Source of the DNA: Eledone cirrhosa
Taxonomy: Eukaryota
NCBI GenBank assembly: GCA_964016885.1
Contig: OZ024744.1
Location: 63,240,001 to 63,304,000, forward strand
Reading direction: 5' to 3'
Length of the DNA stretch: 64,000 nucleotides
Program-made: the position numbers and the translations under genes
Shown here: positions 52,760 to 64,000 of the stretch, one piece after another
How positions within the stretch are numbered: position 1 is the stretch's first letter
Layout of the letters: each line of letters starts with the position of its first letter
Notes under the pieces: model-generated
Told to the model about the DNA's origin: nothing
Database searches by the model: none
The model's input: only the letters and a program-made list of their open reading frames with translations

Positions 52760-53525
52760 AAGTGGTGGTGGTGGTAGTTGTTTTGATGGTGGTAGTGTTT
52801 GTGGTTGTGGTGGTGGTGGTGGTGGTGGTGGTAGTGTTTGTAGTGGTGGTGGTAGAGGTGGTTGGTGGTCATGGTGTCGTTGGAGGAAGTGGTGGTGGTG
52901 GTTGAGGTGGTTTGTAGTGGAGATGATTGTGGAGGTGATGGTGGTGGTAGAGGCTGTTGGTGATAGTGGTGGTGGAGGTGATGGTGGTTGTAATGGTGGT
53001 GGTGGTGGAGGTGATGGTGGTTGTTGTAATGGTGGTGGTGATGGTAGTGGTGGTGATTATGGCAGTGGTGGTGGTGGTGGTGATGATAGTGGTGCTGGTG
53101 ATGGTGATTGTATTGGTAGCTGCAACTGTGGTGTCCATAATGGTATGGAAGATCACTGGTGGTGGTAGTGGTGGTGGTTGTGGTTGTGGTGGTGGTGGTG
53201 GTAGTAGTGGTTGTGATTGTGGTGGTGGTAGCAGCAGCTGTGGTGCCATGTAGTAGCAGTTTTAGTAGTAGTGGTAGTGTAGATTGCTGGTGGTGGTGGT
53301 GGTATAGGTTTTTGGTGGTATTGGTAGTGGTAGTGTTTGTGGTGATGGTGGTGGTAGAGGTGGTGATGGTGGTGGTAGCAGCAGCTGTGGTCTCTATGTG
53401 AGTAGCGGTAGAGCAATAGATTGTGGTGTTGGTGATTGTCATGGTGGTTGAGTTGATGGCAGTGGTTTTGTTGAGTGGGGAAAGTAGAGATTACTGGTGT
53501 TGGTAGTGATGGTGGTAGCGGTTGG
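52760..53525. repeat. Degenerate (GGT)n low-complexity tract
   Basis: Direct reading; the source of the spurious T/H/P/V-rich ORFs. Confidence 0.95.
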
Positions 53526-53994
53526 TCATAGAACAGTGAGAGAAAATAGGATAAATATTCTTTTTTTTCTCCCCTCTCTCCTCCCTCTTTCATCCCCCAC
53601 CCACCCCATCCCGCTAGATGTGATGACTTTCTGCTCTGATTTCAACAATGCATATCCTGTACTTGCAAGTTTCCTGCTAAGCTCTCGACAACAGGAGCAA
53701 CCTGTGAATGGTCCACTTTTGCTCTCAATTTCATTGTGACACTCTATTAAACACAATTAATATTTCTTATATTCTTTTACTGGCTTCAAGCCATCAGATT
53801 GCGACCATGCTGAAGCACAGCCTTTACCAGTGTGATATTTATTTTTAGTTGATGATATTAATGCTTTTCAAATGTTTCATTGACCCTTTTAATATCAAAC
53901 CACCAGAAACTGCTCTAGATTTATGATACAAAACTGCTTATTTTAAAATGTTTATCTTTATATTAAAACCTTCTTTGCCCATTTATTCTTGAGA

Positions 53995-54345
53995 GGGTCA
54001 TGGGGTCAGAGTCCTCAAACACTCCTTCCAATGGGTCCTGTCAGAAGCAACTGGCTCCAACTGATCTGGCTGGATCCCCAAGCAAGACCAGCTAAGCTCA
54101 TGGATGTATTCTAACCATTTTGCTCTGAGTATACCCCTGGGTCTCCTGCCAGTTGGTTTTACCTGTAAAATCTGTCCAGTGATTCTTCCCTGAGACATTC
54201 TAACCACATGCCCTTAGTATCTGAGCTGTGATCTGTCAATTTGGAGAAGTAGTAGCTATACCTGGAGTGACTCTCTGATGTCCGAGCTATGCTCTCTATT
54301 GTGTAGCATTACTCCAAAGACCCTTCAGAGGAACTCCATTTTTGC
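53995..54345 (-). mobile_element. RTE-like LINE 3' fragment (related piece ~38995-39215)
   Basis: QLRY*GHVVRM...GRRPRG...KWLEYI...DRTHWK. Confidence 0.8.
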
Positions 54346-55499
54346 TGCTTGTATTCCCGGTTGTATTCATTTGGTCATTACCAAAGATTTGTGATCACAG
54401 GTAAGGGTTGGCATGAATACTGGACTGAAGATAGTTTGGCTTTTACACCTACCTCCCTACTCCTGCTTTCCATCACTCAAGAACACAGCTCTGCTCACAA
54501 TTATATTAAAAGCTTCTATCTTTATTCTACTTTAGAAATTTTTGTGAAGTTATGCTCTAAATATCAGCTTACTAGTGAAAAACCCAGTCTTTTTATTAAA
54601 TTTCTCCAAATTTCAGATAATTTTCAAAATTAAAAAATATGGTAATGAAATAGTTAAGTCTCAGTACTTACCATATGCTTTTGTATAAGTTACACCATTT
54701 CACCCCATGCCAGCAGCATATCTATTGGACGTTCAAAACCTCAGTTCAAAATAGATGATACATTGTAAATGTTGTATGTAAGGTACAAGTATATAAGGTA
54801 TATTTGTATATAATGTTATACTTTGGGAGTGACATGCTGCCAATTAAAACACATGCACTAGTTGAGTTTCACTTTGAATATTTATTATTAATGAGGTAAT
54901 AGGGCAGTGGATTGGCAGTATCAGTAGAGCATCGGACAAACTGCGTTGCAGCAGAGAGTTATGGGCCTTTCTGCTCTGAGTGCTTCTGAAGCTAATTTGC
55001 CTTTCATCCTTATGAGGTCAATAAAATAAAGTACCAGTAGTGCACTGGGGCCAATTTAATCGACTTTCCCCTCCCCTCAAATTGTTGGCCTTGTGCCTAT
55101 GGTAGAAACCATTATTATTGAGGTAATTAATCCAGTACTTAATCAATTAATAAATTGTCAAAGTCTTTTGGTCATAGTCTGTGACCTTATTCCTGTCTAA
55201 AGGGTGTGGTGTGAGCGTGGATGTTTGGAAAAAAGTAGGATAATTCCCATCACCATTTTATGTTCACTTTTCCATGATTGCATGGGTTGGATGGGTCCTT
55301 CTAAGTACAGCATCTCTTCACTTGCTGCATTCCTTCATTATATCCTCTATGAGCTTCAGAATTTGAGATCAGCTCTCACTATTTCTGCCCAGGTCTTCCT
55401 TGAGCTTCCCTCCACTGAGATTTCTTGGCACATCTTCAATCTGCTATCATCATCCATGCACATCATATGTCTTCTCTCTTGCATAATGATTCCTCTTAA

Positions 55500-55719
55500 C
55501 CCTTTAGCATTTACGTTACTCTATATTTACTATAGTATTTTCACAGAAAAACTCTTTATCTCACATAATTATCTGACATAATATTGAATCTATGACATTG
55601 ATATTATTTATTTTGAGATCAATACATTAATGTAGGTATGAGTGGCTGGTTACAGCCGGTTTGAACAGAAAGAGGGGAGAGAATTCTGGCCAGATATGGC
55701 TGGTTTAAATGCTAAAGGG
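55500..55719. mobile_element. ~220-bp piggyBac-type MITE; other copies ~4943-5115, 27393-27589, 45890-46099, 52186-52403, 56030-56174
   Basis: TTAA-CCCTTTAGCATTTA...TAAATGCTAAAGGG-TTAA (14-bp TIR), inserted in an RTE fragment. Confidence 0.9.
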
Positions 55720-56885
55720 TTAAACCCTATTTCTCTCTCTCTCTCTCTGCATCCTAGCTCTACCATTCTCTCATGTTAATATTGCACATCCATCAAAGCA
55801 TGCTTGCTTCATTTCTCTCCAGCTTTCACAAATCCTCTACATTAATTGCCCATATTTCACTACCATTACACTTCAACATATATGTTATTTTGTTTTTATT
55901 TTTCCTCTCAGATATGATGGTATATACATTTGTGTATAAAATCACACAATTTTCCATGAAAATGTGTAAAACTCTAAACATGTGACATATCTGTTTGACC
56001 TACAAAACCAAAAAAAAGTAACAAAAAAATTCCAAATATATGGTATATTGTGATTGTAAGTTTTATTTTGAGAATGATACCTTAACATCAGTAAGAACAG
56101 CCAGATACAGCCGGTTTGAAGAAAAAGAAGTGAGAGAATTCTGGCTGAATACAACCGGTTTAAATGCTAAAGGGTTAAGTGACGGTGTGTGACCAACAAA
56201 ACCTCAATTCACTAATATCATCCCCACCACCATCACCATGGCTCCTCTTTTAGAACCAAGAAACAATCATATTGAATGCACCAGCAGAGCTGATAGCCAT
56301 TTCAGAAGAAACATTCCAGGCTAAGTGTGTAGACACACAAGGGGCCTATTTCAAAGGAGGATTAGTAATTGAACTCCACCAAATAAGTAATTTTTTTTCC
56401 CAAGTATAAGGTCAGATACTTTTTTGACAGACCTCTGAATATGGTGAATTGGAGATCATCATCATCCTTTAACGTCCATTTTCCATGCTAGCATGGACTG
56501 CAGTTAACTGAGACTGTCCTAACAATTTCAAAACTAAAACTCCAGATAATGAGAAGCACACAAAAATGAATACTATAGCCTGAGCTGATCTAAGATTTTT
56601 GGAACAATTTACAACAATGCAGTGAGTAGGGACCTGATCCGTAAGCCATTTTGGTAAAAATCAACGGATATGTTTTAATTTTACTAGATCTCCTCAGTAA
56701 AGTATATTCACTGGCTGTTCTAATTAACAAACCAATTTGTAAAGTGAATATGATTTATTCCAGCAGGTGAAAAGCAGTCCAGCTTCTATACCTATTCTCC
56801 AAGACGGATGACTGAATACGCACATGCATGTTTTTTCTCCCAAATTTTTTTCTCGTTTTGCTTTTTCCTTCCTCTTTCTAAATTT

Positions 56886-56925
56886 GTCTTCTGATGAAGG
56901 ACTAGTGTGTCCGAAATGTTAAGAC
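56886..56925 (+). ncRNA. Minimal type I hammerhead ribozyme motif (Penelope-type)
   Basis: GTCTT-CTGATGA-A-GGAC-TAGTGT-GTCC-GAAA-TG-TT-AAGAC: stem I GTCTT/AAGAC, stem II GGAC/GTCC. Confidence 0.62.
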
Positions 56926-58130
56926 TGTCTTCCTGCTATTTCAAGCGTGAAACTAATATATTTATTCCTTGTACTGTGCCGTTGGTTTTGTTATCTTTGT
57001 TATTTCTTTTACATACATTCTATACATATTGCTATAACAAATGTGACAGCTCTTGTGGACAGTGTAGCATTACCTCTAGTCTGGTGTATGTGTATGGTGG
57101 ATTCATGGCAATAGCTTCATTGGAGATATAATTTTCACAGGCAGTCTCCAGCAGCAAGCATACACACTTTGAAATGATAGAGTAATCTTTAGCAGTACTT
57201 GTGGTCATTGAATGTTGACAGTTGGTGGGAGTACTTACCAAGGAAACCCCTGAATATCAGGAGGCATAGAAGACCGATACTTGTCATAAACTGCATATTC
57301 AGAGGTCAGTGCCTCCACTAGCTGCTGGATCCATTTTGGTGATAGACTTAGTTTCATTGCCAGGTATAACACCACCATCTTGCTTCCACTCTGTTGCAAG
57401 AATTATGGGCCAGGTCTATCGTTTGAGAATAACTTTTGAGACCATATTTCTAATGATATTTTTTTTCAATTAGTTAATGAAGACTTTTGGGGATTTACTA
57501 AAATTATTAATTATTTCATTACTATGATAGTATTTATAACATAACTTAACAAATGGTTCTTATAAATGTTTTTATGGTGGAAGATTTAAGTTTAGATAGA
57601 ATTAGAGGTGGTTTTTAGCAGGTTAGTATGAAATGGGTTAAAAAGGTTCATGGGTACTGCCTTTCTTCCTTTGACTAATTAACTGATTAAAAACAATGAA
57701 TGTGGTGCGACAAAACAATTAGGAAATAATTTTACGGGTAAAAACGTAGTTGATAAGGGTGTGGGTTGAAATTCCACGTAGAGGGCAGAGCATTGATGGG
57801 AGTTACACCAATCTATCTGGTACACATACAGTTTGGCCTCTCACACATGCAGATAAACATGCACACACACACATACACACACACTCTTAGATGTACACAC
57901 AAACACTCATAAGCAGATCCTACCTCATACACACTCACATGCAACTCTTACCATGATGATGATGGGGGGGGGGGGGGTTGTGATGATGATAATGATGGTG
58001 ATGATGGTGATAATAAAAATGGTGATGATGATGGTGATGAGGGGGAGGAAGATGACAACGATGATAGTGATAATAATGATGGCAACATCGTGATGATGAT
58101 GTTTTGTTGTCTGCGCTTCATTACGTTGAT

Positions 58131-61100
58131 CCATGTTATCATGATTGGCCAAGGATGTAGGCATCAGTGTCATTATCATCTTACATTTGCTTCCCATGTT
58201 ATCATGATTGGCCAAGGATGTAGGCATCAGTGTCATTATCATCTTACACTTGCTTCCCATGTTATCATGATTGGCCAAGGGTGTAGGCATCAGTGTCATT
58301 ATCATCTTACATTTGCTTCCCATGTTATCATGATTGGCCAAGGGTGTAGGCATCAGTGTCATTATCATCTTACACTTGCTTCCCATGTTATCATGATTGG
58401 CCAAGGATGTAGGCATCAGTGTCATTATCATCTTACATTTGCGTCCCATGTTATCATGATTGGCCAAGGATGTAGGCATCAGTGTCATTATCATCTTACA
58501 CTTGCTTCCCATGTTATCATGATTGGCCAAGGATGTAGGCATCAGTGTCATTATCATCTTACATTTGCTTCCCATGTTATCATGATTGGCCAAGGATGTA
58601 GGCATCAGTGTCATTATCATCTTACACTTGCTTCCCATGTTATCATGATTGGCCAAGGATGTAGGCATCAGTGTCATTATCATCTTACACTTGCTTCCCA
58701 TGTTATCATGATTGGCCAAGGATGTAGGCATCAGTGTCATTATCATCTTACATTTGCTTCCCATGTTATCATGATTGGCCAAGGATGTAGGCATCAGTGT
58801 CATTATCATCTTACACTTGCTTCCCATGTTATCATGATTGGCCAAGGGTGTAGGCATCAGTGTCATTATCATCTTACATTTGCTTCCCATGTTATCATGA
58901 TTGGCCAAGGGTGTAGGCATCAGTGTCATTATCATCTTACACTTGCTTCCCATGTTATCATGATTGGCCAAGGATGTAGGCATCAGTGTCATTATCATCT
59001 TACATTTGCGTCCCATGTTATCATGATTGGCCAAGGATGTAGGCATCAGTGTCATTATCATCTTACACTTGCTTCCCATGTTATCATGATTGGCCAAGGA
59101 TGTAGGCATCAGTGTCATTATCATCTTACACTTGCTTCCCATGTTATCATGATTGGCCAAGGATGTAGGCATCAGTGTCATTATCATCTTACACTTGCTT
59201 CCCATGTTATCATGATTGGCCAAGGGTGTAGGCTTCAGTGTCATTATCATCTTACACTTGCTTCCCATGTTATCATGATTGGCCAAGTGTGTAGGCATCA
59301 GTGTCATTATCATCTTACACTTGCTTCCCATGTTATCATGATTGGCCAAGTGTGTAGGCATCAGTGTCATTATCATCTTACACTTGCTTCCCATGTTATC
59401 ATGATTGGCCAAGGATGTAGGCATCAGTGTCATTATCATCTTACACTTGCTTCCCATGTTATCATGATTGGCCAAGGATGTAGGCATCAGTGTCATTATC
59501 ATCTTACATTTGCTTCCCATGTTATCATGATTGGCCAAGGGTGTAGGCATCAGTGTCATTATCATCTTACACTTGCTTCCCATGTTATCATGATTGGCCA
59601 AGGATGTAGGCATCAGTGTCATTATCATCTTACACTTGCTTCCCATGTTATCATGATTGGCCAAGGATGTAGGCATCAGTGTCATTATCATCTTACATTT
59701 GCTTCCCATGTTATCATGATTGGCCAAGGGTGTAGGCATCAGTGTCATTATCATCTTACACTTGCTTCCCATGTTATCATGATTGGCCAAGGATGTAGGC
59801 ATCAGTGTCATTATCATCTTACACTTGCTTCCCATGTTATCATGATTGGCCAAGGGTGTAGGCATCAGTGTCATTATCATCTTACACTTGCTTCCCATGT
59901 TATCATGATTGGCCAAGGATGTAGGCATCAGTGTCATTATCATCTTACACTTGCTTCCCATGTTATCATGATTGGCCAAGGGTGTAGGCTTCAGTGTCAT
60001 TATCATCTTACATTTGCTTCCCATGTTATCATGATTGGCCAAGGGTGTAGGCATCAGTGTCATTATCATCTTACACTTGCTTCCCATGTTATCATGATTG
60101 GCCAAGGATGTAGGCATCAGTGTCATTATCATCTTACACTTGCTTCCCATGTTATCATGATTGGCCAAGGGTGTAGGCTTCAGTGTCATTATCATCTTAC
60201 ATTTGCTTCCCATGTTATCATGATTGGCCAAGGGTGTAGGCATCAGTGTCATTATCATCTTACACTTGCTTCCCATGTTATCATGATTGGCCAAGGATGT
60301 AGGCATCAGTGTCATTATCATCTTACATTTGCTTCCCATGTTATCATGATTGGCCAAGGGTGTAGGCTTCAGTGTCATTATCATCTTACACTTGCTTCCC
60401 ATGTTATCATGATTGGCCAAGGATGTAGGCATCAGTGTCATTATCATCTTACACTTGCTTCCCATGTTATCATGATTGGCCAAGTGTGTAGGCATCAGTG
60501 TCATTATCATCTTACACTTGCTTCCCATGTTATCATGATTGGCCAAGGATGTAGGCATCAGTGTCATTATCATCTTACACTTGCTTCCCATGTTATCATG
60601 ATTGGCCAAGGATGTAGGCATCAGTGTCATTATCATCTTACATTTGCTTCCCATGTTATCATGATTGGCCAAGGGTGTAGGCATCAGTGTCATTATCATC
60701 TTACACTTGCTTCCCATGTTATCATGATTGGCCAAGGATGTAGGCATCAGTGTCATTATCATCTTACACTTGCTTCCCATGTTATCATGATTGGCCAAGG
60801 GTGTAGGCATCAGTGTCATTATCATCTTACACTTGCTTCCCATGTTATCATGATTGGCCAAGGATGTAGGCATCAGTGTCATTATCATCTTACATTTGCT
60901 TCCCATGTTATCATGATTGGCCAAGTGTGTAGGCATCAGTGTCATTATCATCTTACATTTGCTTCCCAAGTTATCATGATTGGCCAAGGGTGTAGGCATC
61001 AGTGTCATTATCATCTTACATTTGCTTTCCATGTTATCATGATTGGCCAAGGATGTAGGCATCAGTGTCATTATCATCTTACATTTGCTTCCCATGTTAT

Positions 61101-62807
61101 CATGATTGGCCAAGGATGTAGGCATCAGTGTCATTATCATCTTACATTTGCTTCCCATGTTATCATGATTGGCCAAGGGTGTAGGCATCAGTGTCATTAT
61201 CATCTTACATTTGCTTCCCATGTTATCATGATTGGCCAAGGATGTAGGCATCAGTGTCATTATCATCTTACACTTGCTTCCCATGTTATCATGATTGGCC
61301 AAGGATGTAGGCATCAGTGTCATTATCATCTTACACTTGCTTCCCATGTTATCATGATTGGCCAAGGATGTAGGCTTCAGTGTCATTATCATCTTACATT
61401 TGCTTCCCATGTTATCATGATTGGCCAAGGGTGTAGGCATCAGTGTCATTATCATCTTACACTTGCTTCCCATGTTATCATGATTGGCCAAGGATGTAGG
61501 CATCAGTGTCATTATCATCTTACATTTGCTTCCCATGTTATCATGATTGGCCAAGGATGTAGGCTTCAGTGTCATTATCATCTTACATTTGCTTCCCATG
61601 TTATCATGATTGGCCAAGGATGTAGGCATCAGTGTCATTATCATCTTACATTTGCTTCCCATGTTATCATGATTGGCCAAGGGTGTAGGCATCAGTGTCA
61701 TTATCATCTTACATTTGCTTCCCATGTTATCATGATTGGCCAAGGATGTAGGCATCAGTGTCATTATCATCTTACACTTGCTTCCCATGTTATCATGATT
61801 GGCCAAGGATGTAGGCATCAGTGTCATTATCATCTTACACTTGCTTCCCATGTTATCATGATTGGCCAAGGATGTAGGCTTCAGTGTCATTATCATCTTA
61901 CATTTGCTTCCCATGTTATCATGATTGGCCAAGGGTGTAGGCATCAGTGTCATTATCATCTTACACTTGCTTCCCATGTTATCATGATTGGCCAAGGATG
62001 TAGGCATCAGTGTCATTATCATCTTACATTTGCTTCCCATGTTATCATGATTGGCCAAGGATGTAGGCTTCAGTGTCATTATCATCTTACATTTGCTTCC
62101 CATGTTATCATGATTGGCCAAGGATGTAGGCATCAGTGTCATTATCATCTTACATTTGCTTCCCATGTTATCATGATTGGCCAAGGATGTAGGCATCAGT
62201 GTCATTATCATCTTACACTTGCTTCCCATGTTATCATGATTGGCCAAGGATGTAGGCTTCAGTGTCATTATCATCTTACACTTGCTTCCCATGTTATCAT
62301 GATTGGCCAAGGGTGTAGGCTTCAGTGTCATTATCATCTTACATTTGCTTCCCATGTTATCATGATTGGCCAAGGGTGTAGGCATCAGTGTCATTATCAT
62401 CTTACATTTGCTTCCCATGTTATCATGATTGGCCAAGGATGTAGGCATCAGTGTCATTATCATCTTACACTTGCTTCCCATGTTATCATGATTGGCCAAG
62501 GATGTAGGCTTCAGTGTCATTATCATCTTACACTTGCTTCCCATGTTATCATGATTGGCCAAGGGTGTAGGCTTCAGTGTCATTATCATCTTACATTTGC
62601 TTCCCATGTTATCATGATTGGCCAAGGATGTAGGCTTCAGTGTCATTATCATCTTACATTTGCTTCCCATGTTATCATGATTGGCCAAGGATGTAGGCAT
62701 CAGTGTCATTATCATCTTACACTTGCTTCCCATGTTATCATGATTGGCCAAGGATGTAGGCATCAGTGTCATTATCATCTTACATTTGCTTCCCATGTTA
62801 TCATGTG
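58131..62807. repeat. 63-bp tandem satellite (~74 highly homogeneous copies)
   Basis: Unit ccatgttatcatgattggccaaggRtgtaggcatcagtgtcattatcatcttacaYttgcttc; produces 21-aa-periodic ORFs on both strands. Confidence 0.98.
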
Positions 62808-62834
62808 TTGAATGTGTCAACACAGAAAATCATT

Positions 62835-64000
62835 ACATCATCATCATCACTGTTTAATGTCCATTTTCCACACTAGCATGGGTTAGACGGGTTGTCCCAT
62901 TAGAGGCAAGTTGGGTGAGGTGACTGTGTCTTGTTCATATAGGATTATTTCTGGCTTGATTTCTATGGCTGGATGTCCTTCATAACACCAACCACATTTA
63001 CAGTGTTAATTGGGAGCCTTTTTGTTGGGACACCTACATCACTTCTTTACAATGTGAGCTGGATGCTTTTTGTCATGACTCCTACACAACTACTTTACAG
63101 TGTGGGTTGGATCCTTTTAGTCGTGACACTTACATAACCCCTTTACAATGTGAGCTGGGTGCTTTTTGTCATGACTCCTACACAACTACTTTACAGTGTG
63201 GGTTGGATCCTTTTAGTCGTGACACTTACATAACCCCTTTAGAGTGTGGGCTGGGTGCTTTTTGTCATGACTCCTACACAATCATTTTACAGTGTGGACT
63301 GGGTGCTTTTTGTTGTGACTCTTACTTGACCACTTTACTGCATGTGCTGGGTGCTTATATTGTGACACCTAACTCAACAACTTTACAGTGTGGACTGGGT
63401 GCTTTTTGTCATAACACCTACACAACTACTTTACAGTGTGGGTTGGATGCTTTTAGTCGTGACACTTACATAACCCCTTTAGAGTGTGGGCTGGGTGCTT
63501 TTTGTCATGACTCCTACACAACTACTTTACAGTGTGGGTTGGATGCTTTTAGTCGTGACACTTACATAACCCCTTTAGAGTGTGGGCTGGGTGCATTTTG
63601 TCATGACTCCTACACAACTACTTTACAGTGTGGGTTGGATGCTTTTAGTCGTGACACTTACATAACCCCTTTAGAGTGTGGGCTGGGTGCTTTTTGTCAT
63701 GACTCCTACACAATCATTTTACAGTGTGGGCTGGGTGCTTTTTGTTGTGACTCTTACTTGACCACTTTAGAGTGTGGGCTGGGTGCTTTTTGTCATGACT
63801 CCTACACAATCATTTTACAGTGTGGGCTGGGTGCTTTTTGTTGTGACTCTTACTTGACCACTTTACTGCGTGTGCTGGGTGCTTATATTGTGACACCTAA
63901 CTCGACAACTTTACAGTGTGGACTGGATGCTTTTAGTCATGACACCTACATAACCACTTTAGAGTGTGGGCTGGGTGCTTTTTGTCATGACTCCTACATA
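62835..64000. repeat. Dispersed (cat)n-tailed repeat end followed by a 48-bp minisatellite with alternating (96-bp) variants, running off the window
   Basis: ctttacagtgtgggYtggRtgcttttt...gacNcYtacacaacNa period 48; the same motif occurs in 1-4 copies in many dispersed repeats (e.g. 8310-8545, 19640-19880, 41350-41620, 42690-42940). Confidence 0.9.

Noticed and set aside
52735-53593. His/Thr/Pro-rich ORFs (mucin- or His-rich-protein-like)
   Set aside because: Degenerate (GGT/ACC)n microsatellite open in several frames on both strands; no splice or domain support
57925-62823. 1632-aa and 1573-aa ORFs as genuine CDS
   Set aside because: Explained by a homogeneous 63-bp (21-codon) unit lacking stops; no unique domain, signal peptide or synonymous bias; kept only as a low-probability finding

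Overview
AT-rich, repeat-dense eukaryotic (metazoan) genomic DNA. The SINE/RTE/Penelope repertoire and (CAT)n/(TA)n microsatellites suggest an invertebrate, plausibly a cephalopod such as Octopus (inference). Almost all listed ORFs are spurious or transposon debris. The main hidden signal is a + strand gene segment that the ORF track misses. A strong 43-nt exon (1213-1255) is followed by a tandem array of 17 micro-exons (5692-17800), one per ~0.5-1.1 kb repeat unit. All have AG/GTTAGT borders, all are multiples of 3 (33/36/39/42 nt), and phase 1 is the only frame open across all of them. Spliced, they encode a ~209-aa polybasic repeat, (D/G/S)ILVKKKKxKDN. The window also contains a deleted piggyBac with TTAA ends plus related MITEs, a maT/mariner-like element, a hAT MITE, a non-autonomous Helitron carrying a retrotransposon endonuclease fragment, Penelope fragments with minimal hammerhead ribozyme motifs, RTE LINE fragments, SINEs, two long inverted repeats and four minisatellites (26, 32, 63 and 48 bp units).
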